Below, in pieces: positions 18,514 to 27,824 of a DNA stretch of 64,000 nucleotides; positions within the stretch are counted from its first letter, which is position 1, and the number at the start of each line of letters is the position of its first letter. The notes beneath the pieces were generated by a model. It searched no databases, was not told the origin of the DNA, and saw nothing but the letters and a program-made list of their open reading frames with translations. A program made the position numbers and the translations under genes. The stretch lies in NCBI GenBank assembly GCA_046597055.1, contig JBKJLC010000058.1:17649-81648 (forward strand). The letters are read 5' to 3'. The stretch comes from Kofleriaceae bacterium. Its GTDB lineage: Bacteria > Myxococcota_A > Polyangia > Haliangiales > Haliangiaceae.

Positions 18514-19685
18514 GAGCGCTCCACCAGCAGCGCGATGCCCTCGCCGCCGCCGATGCACAGCGAGGCGCCGCCGGTCTTGGCGCCCTGCGCGGCCATCCCG
18601 TACAGCAGCGAGACCAGCACCCGGGTGCCGGACGCGCCGATCGGATGACCGAGCGCGACCGCGCCGCCCGTCCGGTTGACCCGCGCCGGGTCGAGCCCGA
18701 GCAGCTGGTTGTTGGCGATCGACACCACCGCGAACGCCTCGTTGATCTCCCACAAATCGACCGCGGTCGGCTTCCAGCCCGCCTTGGCACACGCCTTCTC
18801 GATCGCGGGCGCCGGCGCGGTGGTGAACCACTCGGGGGCCTGCGCGTGGTGGCCCGACGCGACGATCCGCGCCAGCACCGGCAGGCCGCGCCGGGTCGCC
18901 TCGTCGGCGCTCATCAGCACGACCGCGGCGCCGCCGTCGTTCAGCGACGACGCGTTGCCGGCGGTGACGGTGCCGTCCTTCTGGAACGCGGGGCGCAGCC
19001 CGGCCAGCTTCTCGATGTTGCCGCGGCCCGGCTCCTCGTCGGTGTCGACCTTCACGCTGCCGCCCTTGCCGGCGACCTCGACCGGCGTGATCTCGGCGGT
19101 GAACCGGCCGTCGCGCTGCGCGAGCAGCGCCCGTCGGTAGCTCTCGGCGGCGAACGCGTCCTGATCGGCGCGGCCGATGCCGCGCTCGCGGGCGCACAGC
19201 TCGGCACAGTTGCCCATGTGCTGGTTCGAGTAGACGTCCCACAGGCCGTCGTGGACCATCGAGTCGACGGTGTCGAGCGCGCCCATCTTGACGCCGCCGC
19301 GGACGCCGCGCAGGAGATGCGGGGCGTTCGACATCGACTCCATGCCGCCGGCGACCACGATGTCGGCGTCGCCGACCGCGATCGTCCGCGCGCCCTGGAT
19401 GACGGTCTCCAGCCCCGAGCCGCAGACCTTGTTGACGGTCACGCACGGCACCGTCTGGGGCAGCCCGGCCGCGAGCGCGGCCTGGCGGGCCGGTGCCTGC
19501 CCGAGGCCCGCGGGCAGGACGCAGCCCATCAGGACCTGCTGGACCTCGGCCGCGGGGACCCCGGCGCGCTCGAGCGCGGCGCGGATGGCGGCGGCACCGA
19601 GCCGCGGCGCGGAGATGGACGCGAGCGCGCCCAGGAAGCTACCGATCGGCGTACGGGCCGCCCCGACGATGACGACGTCACGCAT
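18510..19685 (-). CDS. Acetyl-CoA C-acetyltransferase (thiolase)
   Basis: NKVCGSG, EINEAFA, GHPIGASG and CIGGGEG catalytic motifs. GGAGG RBS. Confidence 0.97.
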   Translation of the reverse strand: MRDVVIVGAARTPIGSFLGALASISAPRLGAAAIRAALERAGVPAAEVQQVLMGCVLPAGLGQAPARQAALAAGLPQTVPCVTVNKVCGSGLETVIQGARTIAVGDADIVVAGGMESMSNAPHLLRGVRGGVKMGALDTVDSMVHDGLWDVYSNQHMGNCAELCARERGIGRADQDAFAAESYRRALLAQRDGRFTAEITPVEVAGKGGSVKVDTDEEPGRGNIEKLAGLRPAFQKDGTVTAGNASSLNDGGAAVVLMSADEATRRGLPVLARIVASGHHAQAPEWFTTAPAPAIEKACAKAGWKPTAVDLWEINEAFAVVSIANNQLLGLDPARVNRTGGAVALGHPIGASGTRVLVSLLYGMAAQGAKTGGASLCIGGGEGIALLVERS

Positions 19686-19829
19686 GGAAACCTCCGACCC
19701 GGCGTGTCCGGCGGGGCGCCGAACCTCTGGTCGCCAGGGGTGCGAAGGGATACCCTCGGGTCGATGCGGGCGTCAAGCGCGCGCCGCCGCGGTGAGCGGC
19801 AGTTCTCTCAAGCATCTTCCCGGGTTAAC

Positions 19830-21641
19830 GTGGTAGCCAGCCATCGTCCTCGCGCCCGGATCCCCTGGGCGGTCGCCGCGCTCGCGGTCACCGCCGGGTG
19901 CGGCGAGGACCTGCAGCCCGACGTGCGCTACCAGGTCGTCGGGCTGGTGCCAGCCACCGGCGGCGGATGCCCGGGCGCGGCGCCGACCGCCCCACCGGAG
20001 GTCGGGGCGAACCGGGTTCGCTTCACGTTTCTCGATCGCGTCGACCGCAGGCTGCGCTGCGACGTGGTGCTGGCGCGCAGCGCCGACGCACCGATCCTCG
20101 TGGTGCCGCGCCGCGAGGCCCCGGTCGACCTCCACGTCGAATACTTCGATGACGCCGGCCGGCTGCTCGCGCGCGGCCAGCGCGCCGACGTGGCGCTCAC
20201 CGGCGGTGGCGTGGTGACGATCCACGCCACCCGCACCGACGCGTGGACCTGTCCGCCTGGTGCGGCCGGGAGCGCGCGCGCGTTCCACAGCGCGACCCTG
20301 CTGCCGACCGGCGAGGTGCTGCTCCTCGGTGGCCTGGTCGGCGCGCCCGGCGCCGGCGACGCGCCGTTCGACCCGGCCGCCGGCGCCCACGTGACCGGCA
20401 CCGCCGAGCTGTACGACCCGGTCGCCGGGCGCTTCACGCCGGTGACGATCGCCGGCCTGCAGCCGCGCGCGTTCCACGAGGTGCTGATGCTCGGCACCGA
20501 CGGCGACCGCGTGCGCCTGCTGATCGTCGGCGGCATCGGCGTCGCCGGCGATCCGGTGGCGCCCGGCAACGTCGCGGTCGGGCCGACCGGCGGCGGCGCG
20601 CCGTGGACCGGGGTCGCCGCGGATCCCGCCGCCGGCCGGGGTGGCGCGCTCGCCCTCGCGGCCGAGCTGCTCGAGTATGACCCCGCCGCCCGCACGTTCA
20701 CGCGCGCCGCGGTCGGCGCGGGCCCGATCCCGCGCCGCTTCGGCACCGCGACCGGCAGCGGTGCCCGCGTCGGTGAGGGCCTGGCGGTCGCCGGTGGGCT
20801 CGACGGCGCCGGGACGCCGATCACCGCCGCCGAGTCGGTGCGCGCTGGCGACGGCGCGTCCGGCGGCAGCGTCGAGGGCCATGCCCGGCTCGGCGCGACC
20901 ATCACCGCGGTCGGCCCGACCGAAGCGCTGGTCTGGGGCGGCGACCTGACGACGCCCGCGATCGAGGTCCGCGCCGGCGATCGCCTGATCGCGCTCGATC
21001 AGGCGCCAGCGATCGCGCCCGGCCCGAGCGCGACCGAGGCCAACAACCGGAGCTTCCATGCCGCCGCGACGCTCGACGGCCAGGTCGCGGTGATCGGGGG
21101 CCTCGCCATCACCGAGGGCGTGGTGCTCGGCGCCGCGTTCACGCCCGTGGTGCAGCTGGTGGATCCGGCGTTGCTGACCGCGACCACGCTCGACGCGCCC
21201 GCGCTGATCGGCACCGGCTACCCGGCGGCGGTCGGGCTCCATGACGGCGACGTGTTGTTCGGCGGCGGTGTCCAGGTCGGCGCCTGCCCCAGCACCCTCG
21301 CGTGTCCGAGCATGCAGAGCGTGCGCCTGCGCCGCGGCGTCGCGGGCGAGGCGGTGCGCGCGACCCTCACCGGCGTGCCGGGCCTGGCCCGCCACGGCCA
21401 CCGGCTGACGCGTTTGGGCGACGGCACTGTGCTCGTCACGGGTGGCTTCGGTGCAGCCACTGACCCCGCGCAGATCCGGGCGCTGGGCGACGCCGAGCTC
21501 TACGATCCGTACGAGGCCAAGGACGACCCGCTCGCGGGGGTCGGGCTCTCTCGCCTGCCGGGCGACGTCGCCCGCGTCGACGGTGTGCCGGTGGCGCGCT
21601 GCGAAGTGTTCGGGGCCGCAGCGCCCGATGCCGCCCCGTGA
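19830..21641 (+). CDS. Kelch-repeat (beta-propeller) lipoprotein
   Basis: Lipobox TAGC. Kelch repeats RAFHSATLLPTGEVLLLGG, RSFHAAATL...VIGG, ARHGHRLTRLGDGTVLVTGG and AELYDP. Start is approximate. Confidence 0.85.
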   Translation: MVASHRPRARIPWAVAALAVTAGCGEDLQPDVRYQVVGLVPATGGGCPGAAPTAPPEVGANRVRFTFLDRVDRRLRCDVVLARSADAPILVVPRREAPVDLHVEYFDDAGRLLARGQRADVALTGGGVVTIHATRTDAWTCPPGAAGSARAFHSATLLPTGEVLLLGGLVGAPGAGDAPFDPAAGAHVTGTAELYDPVAGRFTPVTIAGLQPRAFHEVLMLGTDGDRVRLLIVGGIGVAGDPVAPGNVAVGPTGGGAPWTGVAADPAAGRGGALALAAELLEYDPAARTFTRAAVGAGPIPRRFGTATGSGARVGEGLAVAGGLDGAGTPITAAESVRAGDGASGGSVEGHARLGATITAVGPTEALVWGGDLTTPAIEVRAGDRLIALDQAPAIAPGPSATEANNRSFHAAATLDGQVAVIGGLAITEGVVLGAAFTPVVQLVDPALLTATTLDAPALIGTGYPAAVGLHDGDVLFGGGVQVGACPSTLACPSMQSVRLRRGVAGEAVRATLTGVPGLARHGHRLTRLGDGTVLVTGGFGAATDPAQIRALGDAELYDPYEAKDDPLAGVGLSRLPGDVARVDGVPVARCEVFGAAAPDAAP

Positions 21642-21766
21642 CGTGTGCGCATGTACGCCACGTCACGAGCGCCCGCACGCCCCAGCTGCGCTCCACCGCT
21701 CGCCGGGAGGTTACGTCATCCTCGGGCGTGGGTGCCCGGCGCAATGATTTCAGGCACGAGGAGAGG

Positions 21767-21782
21767 CGGCCCTCTGCTTGCA
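21767..21782 (+). promoter_or_regulatory. Sigma54-type -24/-12 promoter
   Basis: cGGCCCTCTGCTTGCA (GG-N10-GC). Predicted +1 is 2 nt before ATG 21795. Confidence 0.5.
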
Positions 21783-21794
21783 CTCAGTCCGGGC

Positions 21795-22403
21795 ATGACT
21801 CACTCAAAGAAGCTCACGTTCGCTGCCATCATGGTGGCTGCGGCGGCCTTCCCCGCCCTCGCCATCGCTGACCACGGCCCCGATAGCCGCTGGACGAAGA
21901 TCGGCGACGTCGGGACCCACGTCCACGACGACGAAGACTTCGTGCCGGTGTCGAATCAGCGCTTTGATCGACTCGAGCTCCAGGCCAGCGGCCACCCGGT
22001 CCCGATCAACGGGCTGAAGGTCCAGTTCGTCGACGGCACCAGCTACCAGGCGCGGGCCCGCGGCATGGTGCGCCCAGGCGAGCGGTTCTCGATCGACCTG
22101 CCCGCGCGCAGCGCGCCGATCAAGATGCTCGTGATCGACTACGGCAATCGCGGCCCGTTCTGGCGCGACACCGAGACCGCGCGCATCGAGGTGTTCGGCA
22201 AGAGCCCGCGCCGCGATCGGCGTGACCAGGGCTATCGCGCGGACACCACCCCGCCGCCCGCCGTGCCGCCGCCGCCGGTGCCGCCGCCGGTGGTGCAGCA
22301 GCCGGCGCCGCCCCGGGTGGTCGCGCCCGCGCGACCGACCCCGGTCCGGACCGCGCCGGTCCGCTACGAGTGGCGCGCCGGGGTCCGCGTCCGCATCAAC
22401 TAG
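21795..22403 (+). CDS. Secreted beta-sandwich protein (DUF2541/YaaI-like) with Pro-rich tail
   Basis: Signal peptide ending ALA-IA-D, then WTKIG...RFDRLEL...GLKVQFVDG...IEVFG. Confidence 0.7.
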   Translation: MTHSKKLTFAAIMVAAAAFPALAIADHGPDSRWTKIGDVGTHVHDDEDFVPVSNQRFDRLELQASGHPVPINGLKVQFVDGTSYQARARGMVRPGERFSIDLPARSAPIKMLVIDYGNRGPFWRDTETARIEVFGKSPRRDRRDQGYRADTTPPPAVPPPPVPPPVVQQPAPPRVVAPARPTPVRTAPVRYEWRAGVRVRIN

Positions 22404-22426
22404 TCACGCCACGAAACTAGCTTCGC

Positions 22427-23557
22427 CTACACCGCACGAGCGCGCGCGATGATCGCCGGCATCACGGCGAGCACGCGCGCGATCTCGTCGTCGGTGGTCG
22501 CCGGTCCCAGCGAGAACCGGACGCCCTCACGGGCGCGCGCGCGCGACAGCCCGAGCGCCAGCAGAACCGGTGACGGCTGCACCGAGCCCGACGTGCACGC
22601 CGCCCCGGTCGAGACCGAGATGCCAGCGAGATCGAGGGCGATCACGACCGCCTCGCCCAGCGCACCGTCGAAGCCCAGGTTGACGGTGGTCCCGACCCGG
22701 GGCGCCTCGCCGCCGTGGACGCGGGCACCCGGAATTGTCAGGAGCCCGGCTTCGAGCCAGGCCGCGCGACCGGCGATCGCCGCCACCGCTGCCAGCTCGA
22801 CCGCGCCGGCCGCCGCGGCGAAGCCGACCGCGCCGACCAGGTTCTCGGTCCCCGGGCGCCGGCCGCGCTCCTGGTGGCCAGCGCCGTGGAGCGGCGCGAG
22901 ATCGACGCCGGCGGCGACACACAGGGCCCCGATTCCGGCCGGGCCGCCGAGCTTGTGGCCCGACAGCGCCAGGGTGTCGGCGAGCGCGGCGATCGGCGGC
23001 AGCGCGAGGCGCCCGGCGGCCTGGACCGCATCGACGTGCAGCCGGGTGCCGGCGGCGCGGCAGCGCGCGGCCACCGCGGGCAGGTCGGCGATCACGCCGA
23101 TCTCGTGATTGACCGCCGCCACCGCCACCACCGCCGCACCGCTGGCGAGGCCGGCGTCGAGCGAGGCCAGATCGATCCGGCCAGCCGCGTCGACCGCGAT
23201 CGGCACGACCGCGAAGCCCTCGCCGACGAGGGTGGCCGCGGCGCCATGGACCGCCGGGTGCTCGCTCGCCACCACCAGCACGCGGGCCGGTGCACCGGCC
23301 TGCCGCGCAGCCCGGGCCAGGCCGACCACGCCGAGGAGATCGGCCTCGGTGCCGCCGCTGGTGAAGATGACCTGGTCGGGCTCGACGCCGGCGAGCCCGG
23401 CGACGCCGGCGCGGGCCCGCTCGAGCCGGGTCCGCGCGGCCCGGCCATCGCCGTGCACCGACGACGGATTGCCCGTCGTCGCCATCACCTCGGTCATCGC
23501 CGCGCGCGCAGGCGCGGTCAGCGGCGCGGTGGCGTTGTAGTCAAGGTAGATCCGCAT
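22427..23557 (-). CDS. iscS: Cysteine desulfurase (IscS/NifS group)
   Basis: YLDYNATAP, FTSGGTEA, HVDAVQA, SGHK (PLP Lys), STGAACTSG. Confidence 0.95.
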   Translation of the reverse strand: MRIYLDYNATAPLTAPARAAMTEVMATTGNPSSVHGDGRAARTRLERARAGVAGLAGVEPDQVIFTSGGTEADLLGVVGLARAARQAGAPARVLVVASEHPAVHGAAATLVGEGFAVVPIAVDAAGRIDLASLDAGLASGAAVVAVAAVNHEIGVIADLPAVAARCRAAGTRLHVDAVQAAGRLALPPIAALADTLALSGHKLGGPAGIGALCVAAGVDLAPLHGAGHQERGRRPGTENLVGAVGFAAAAGAVELAAVAAIAGRAAWLEAGLLTIPGARVHGGEAPRVGTTVNLGFDGALGEAVVIALDLAGISVSTGAACTSGSVQPSPVLLALGLSRARAREGVRFSLGPATTDDEIARVLAVMPAIIARARAV

Positions 23558-23567
23558 GGGCGTTTCG

Positions 23568-23597
23568 TTGACACCGGTCCGGGGGAGCCGACATGAT
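23568..23597 (+). promoter_or_regulatory. Probable sigma70 promoter
   Basis: TTGACA-N18-CATGAT. It overlaps the ORF-track ATG 23593, so the real start is likely GTG 23644. Confidence 0.5.
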
Positions 23598-23643
23598 CCG
23601 TCGAGACGCCTCGCCGGTCGACCGGCAGGGTGACGGAACCAAC

Positions 23644-26289
23644 GTGGCCGACGATGCCGGAGCGCTGCTTGTTCGAGCGGGCCTGATCACGGCCCATCAT
23701 CTTGCTGCGGCTCGCGCGGTCCAGGCCCAGGAGGGCGGGACGATCGGTGAGCACCTGGTGACCAGCGGCGTGGTCAGCGATGACGGGCTGACCGAGTTCT
23801 ACCGCAGCCGCCTGCTGGTGCCACAGGTCAACCCGAACACGCTGGCCCGGCTCCCGGCGTCGATCATCGCGGTGCTACCGCCCGACATGGCGCTCGAGTT
23901 CCGGGCGGTGCCGGTCTCGCTCGACAAGGACGGCAACCTGATGGTCGCGATGAGCGACCCCAGCGATCGCCACGCGGTCGACGAGATCGCGTTCTTCACC
24001 AGCAAGTACGTCGTGCGCGCGGTCGCGACCCAGATGCAGATCGCGTGGTGCCTCGCCCAGTACTACGGCTACGTCACCGAGCTCGGCGAACGGCTGCTGC
24101 AGCCGGTCAGCGCGCCGCCCGTGGCACCGACCGCACCGACCGCACCGACCGCACCGACCGCACCGACCGCACCGACCCCGCCGCCCACCACGGCGCACGC
24201 GCCGCCGACGCGCGCCCACGGCGACACCGCGCGGGTCGAGGCATCGCGTCACCGCGTGCTCGCGCCGGTGACCCGGCCGCCGCCCGTGGGGCCGCGCCCG
24301 GGCCCGCAGTCGTTGCAGCGGCCGGCGGCCGCGCCACCCGCGACCCTCGGACCCGAGGACATCACGGCCGAGACCGACACCATGTCGATGGAGCTGGCCG
24401 TCGACGATTCCGGTGACGCCGCGCTCGCGCCACCGCCTCTCGACGCCGCGCAGGCAAGCGCGACGGCGCAGGCAAGCGCGCCGCCGGCGCCGTCCCAGCC
24501 GCCGCCGCTGGCGCGGCCCCCGGCGCCGCGGCCGCAGACCGCGCGGCCGCCGCCGGACGATCCCTTCGCGCCTTCGGTGGTGGTGTCGGCCGAGGCGACC
24601 CGACCGACCCGCCGTAAGCCGGCGCTGCCCGATCCGCCCGAGCTGGCGGCGCGGTCGGGCGAGCTCGAGGTCCACGGCACCAGCACGCCGCTCGACGCGC
24701 CACGCGAAACGGTCGAGATCCATCTCGACGACGACCCGCCGGCCGCGCCCGCAGGCTGGTCGCGTGGCTCGATCCGCGCGACCTCGCCGCCGCCGGTCGT
24801 GCTCGATGTCGACGGCGATCTGTCGCGACCCCGGCCGCTCGCCGATGTGCGCGAACTGGACGACGACGACGTGGCCTACGTCCACGACGAGGTCGACGGG
24901 ACCGAGGCGCACCCGATCCTCCTCGAGCGGCCGCGGTCGCGTGGCGACGGCGCCGGGTCAGGGCCGGTGACGTCCCCGACCGCAGCTCCGGACCGGGACC
25001 CGCCGGTCAGGCGGTCCGCATCGACCGCGTCGACCGCGCCGCCGGTCTCGACCGCGCCGTGGTCGGACCCGCCGATGGCGTCGCCGGTGCCAACGCAGGT
25101 GCTGGACGGCGCGATGCCGCGGCCGTTGCGCGACGAGCCCTCGGGGCCGGTCCTGCTGCTCGACCGCAAGAAGACCGCCGACCCCGACCCGGTCCCCGCG
25201 CGCGGCGGCCCGCCGTCGCGGCGCGTGCGCACCTCGTCGACCGGCGAGCGTCGCCGCGACAAGCACACCGTGATCGGCATCGGCGCCCTCGGGCCGATCC
25301 CGCGCTCGCACACGGCGAGCGTGCCGCCCCCGCACGGCCTGGCCGCGGCGGTCTCGCCGCAGGTGCCGCTCGCGCTCACGCGGCCGCCGCTCGCCGACGC
25401 GGTGCCGACCGCGCTGGTCGACGAGCACGCCGCGACCCGCCGGGTCGACACCCGACCGCCCTTGACGATCGACGACGACTGGGGCCCGCCCGGCACGACC
25501 ATCCCACCGCCGTTCCTCGGCGCGATCACGCCGGCCGGCGATCCGGGGAGCGGGCGCATCCCGCTGGCGCTGGACGAGGTCGACTCCGCGCCGCTGCGGC
25601 TCGCCACGCCCGCGCCCCGGCCAGCACCGGCCCCGACCGCACCGGCGGCCTCGGCGCCACCGCCGTCACGGCCGAGCAACCTGCCGCCACCCGCCACTGC
25701 GAGCCCGGCCGTGCCCGCGCCATCGGCATCCCCGGCCCCCGCGGTCCACGCGCCGACCGGCCCGACCCGCCCGAGCCCGACGTCGCAGCTCCCCGACGCC
25801 AACGAGCTGGCCCGCCACCTCGAGCAGGCCTCGGTGCGCCTGGTGCAGGTGCTGCGCAGCCTCGATCAGACCGACACGCGCGATCAGGCGATCACCCGGC
25901 TGATCGACTTCGTCACCGCCAGCCACCACCGGGCCGCGTTCCTCACCGCCAAGGCCGGCGTGCTGACCGCGTTCGTGCAGGTGCCGGCGGCGCAGGGGCC
26001 CCATGCCCAGATGCAACTTGATCGCCCGTCGACCTTCCAGGACGTGATCGGCACCCGCCTGCCCTACCGCGGGCCGATCGCGGATCCGCCCAGCCGCGAG
26101 CTGGTGAAGTCGATGTTCGGCTCGACCACCGACGAGATGCTGGCGGTGCCGGTCGCGATCCGCGAGCGCGTGATCGGCATCGTCTACGCCGACGGCCGCC
26201 ACCGCGACGCGTTCGACGAGCACGTCACGATCGCCGCCCGCGCGGCCGGGCTCGCGCTCGAGCGCATCCTGCAGTCAAAGAAGAGCTAA
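23644..26289 (+). CDS. MshEN/T2SSE_N domain + long Pro-rich linker + C-terminal GAF-like domain (FrgA-like)
   Basis: GALLVRAGLIT...GGTIGEHLV...FRAVPV...LMVAMSDP (GspE N-domain). About 580 aa low-complexity linker. C-terminal LAVPVAIRERVIGIVYAD. No ATPase domain. Confidence 0.8.
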   Translation: MADDAGALLVRAGLITAHHLAAARAVQAQEGGTIGEHLVTSGVVSDDGLTEFYRSRLLVPQVNPNTLARLPASIIAVLPPDMALEFRAVPVSLDKDGNLMVAMSDPSDRHAVDEIAFFTSKYVVRAVATQMQIAWCLAQYYGYVTELGERLLQPVSAPPVAPTAPTAPTAPTAPTAPTPPPTTAHAPPTRAHGDTARVEASRHRVLAPVTRPPPVGPRPGPQSLQRPAAAPPATLGPEDITAETDTMSMELAVDDSGDAALAPPPLDAAQASATAQASAPPAPSQPPPLARPPAPRPQTARPPPDDPFAPSVVVSAEATRPTRRKPALPDPPELAARSGELEVHGTSTPLDAPRETVEIHLDDDPPAAPAGWSRGSIRATSPPPVVLDVDGDLSRPRPLADVRELDDDDVAYVHDEVDGTEAHPILLERPRSRGDGAGSGPVTSPTAAPDRDPPVRRSASTASTAPPVSTAPWSDPPMASPVPTQVLDGAMPRPLRDEPSGPVLLLDRKKTADPDPVPARGGPPSRRVRTSSTGERRRDKHTVIGIGALGPIPRSHTASVPPPHGLAAAVSPQVPLALTRPPLADAVPTALVDEHAATRRVDTRPPLTIDDDWGPPGTTIPPPFLGAITPAGDPGSGRIPLALDEVDSAPLRLATPAPRPAPAPTAPAASAPPPSRPSNLPPPATASPAVPAPSASPAPAVHAPTGPTRPSPTSQLPDANELARHLEQASVRLVQVLRSLDQTDTRDQAITRLIDFVTASHHRAAFLTAKAGVLTAFVQVPAAQGPHAQMQLDRPSTFQDVIGTRLPYRGPIADPPSRELVKSMFGSTTDEMLAVPVAIRERVIGIVYADGRHRDAFDEHVTIAARAAGLALERILQSKKS
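24124..24177 (+). repeat. Perfect in-frame tandem repeat (GCACCGACC)x6 encoding (APT)6
   Basis: Read directly from the sequence. Confidence 0.95.
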
Positions 26290-26330
26290 TTCGCCCGCTG
26301 CCGGTCGGCCCGATGCACGCGAACGCCCGC

Positions 26331-27722
26331 TCACAGCGGGCAGAGCGTGGTCAGCGTGGCGTGGTTGTCGGCCGCGATCGCAGCCCGCGCCGCCTTCTCG
26401 ACGTCGCCGATCGACTCGTACAGCGGGATGAGCGTCACCAGCAGGCGGCCGCACGGCCCGCTGACCTCGCCGACGAATGGCCCGTCGCCGCCGGTGAGCA
26501 GGTCGAGGCCCTCCTCGAGCTCGCGCACCGCGACATGAACCTGGCCACGGCTCACCAGCACCTGGGCCAGGTCGAGGTAGCGGCTGGCGACGTCGTCGGG
26601 GTTGCCCTGCAGGATCGCGCTGCCGACCGCCGCGCGCAGCCGACGCTCGCCGGTCACCCGCTCGCCCGAGCCGCGCGCGAGCCGGCGGCGCGGCCCCGTC
26701 GAGACCGCATCGCGCGGACGGGGCAGCTCGATCGTCGTGACGTGGACACCGGCCGAGCCGATCGGGAACCCGAGCCGCACCGCCGGTGGGTCCACGGTAC
26801 CGTCGTGAGCCTGGGCCAGGGCCTCCGCGAACTCCTCGGCGCTCGCGAACCGGTCGGCCGCCACCTTCTGCAGTGCGCGGGCGACCACGGCCTCGATCGA
26901 ACGCGGGATGTTGCGCTCGGGGCTGCGCAGCGACGGCGGGATCACCACGTCGTCGAGGTGGCGAACCAGGATCTCGGCCGCGGTGCCACCGCCGAACGGG
27001 GTCGCGCCAGTCAGCAGCTCGTACAGGATCACGCCGACCGCGTAGAGATCGGCGGCCGGGGTCGGCGCTTCGCCGCGGATCACCTCGGGCGCCATGTACT
27101 CGGGCGTGCCCGAGATCAGCTGCTCGTCGCAGGGCGCGCCGGCGTCTGCATCGATCTCGAGCTCGCTGTAGTCGTCGCCGTGATCGTCGCCCCGGCACCC
27201 GATCCGGGCCAGGCCGTAGTCGACCAGCTTCACGCGCAGGGTGCCGTCGCGCGACTCCTCGACCAGGACGTTGTCGCCCTTCACGTCGGCGTGGACGATG
27301 CCAGCGGTGTGGGCTTCGCCGAGCGCGGCGAGGATCTGCGCGACCAGCTCGCTCGCGACCGGCAGCGGCAGCTCGCCGTGCTCGCGCACGAGCTGCGACA
27401 GGGTCCGCCCGCGCACGTACTCCATGACCAGGTAGGGCGTGCCCTCGTCGGACTCGCCCCAGTCGAGCACCGCGACCGAATTGGGATGGGCCAGCCGCGC
27501 GGCGGCGATCGCCTCGGCGCGGAAGCGGCGGGCGATGCGCGGGTCGCGCAGCAGCTCCTGATGCAGCAGCTTGATCGCGACTGTGCGTGACAGGGCGCAC
27601 TGCTCGGCGCGATAGACCACGCCCATCCCGCCCGCGCCGATCCGTTCCCCCAGGACGTACTTGCCGCCACCGAGCGAGGCGCCCGGCGCAAGGTAATCGT
27701 CGGAGGGATTCGCGGACATCAC
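26331..27722 (-). CDS. Hanks-type Ser/Thr protein kinase (non-RD) with C-terminal TPR-like helices
   Basis: IGAGGMGVVY, VAIK, HADVKGDN, DYG, GTPEYMAPE. No TM segment. Confidence 0.95.
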   Translation of the reverse strand: MMSANPSDDYLAPGASLGGGKYVLGERIGAGGMGVVYRAEQCALSRTVAIKLLHQELLRDPRIARRFRAEAIAAARLAHPNSVAVLDWGESDEGTPYLVMEYVRGRTLSQLVREHGELPLPVASELVAQILAALGEAHTAGIVHADVKGDNVLVEESRDGTLRVKLVDYGLARIGCRGDDHGDDYSELEIDADAGAPCDEQLISGTPEYMAPEVIRGEAPTPAADLYAVGVILYELLTGATPFGGGTAAEILVRHLDDVVIPPSLRSPERNIPRSIEAVVARALQKVAADRFASAEEFAEALAQAHDGTVDPPAVRLGFPIGSAGVHVTTIELPRPRDAVSTGPRRRLARGSGERVTGERRLRAAVGSAILQGNPDDVASRYLDLAQVLVSRGQVHVAVRELEEGLDLLTGGDGPFVGEVSGPCGRLLVTLIPLYESIGDVEKAARAAIAADNHATLTTLCPL

Positions 27723-27733
27723 CCCCGAACCAA

Positions 27734-27749
27734 AGCACGAGTTGTGCCC
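27734..27749 (-). promoter_or_regulatory. Sigma54-type -24/-12 promoter of kinase 1
   Basis: gGGCACAACTCGTGCT on the minus strand. Predicted +1 at 27723, next to GTG 27722. Confidence 0.6.
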
Positions 27750-27824
27750 ATCGGGGATCCGCGGGGTAAATGGCGGTTCAGCGTAAGGATTTCGGGCAGC
27801 GCGGCGACTCGCCGGGGGCGCACC

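Noticed and set aside
17632..19446. Apparent 604-aa hbd with N-terminal extension; similarly 31295-33313, 18645-21641, 38731-40785, 52980-54431 and 59994-61469
   Set aside because: The extensions are off-frame or antisense read-through of neighbouring genes. True starts are internal, with stop/start overlaps or an RBS, so there is no evidence of fusion or frameshifting.
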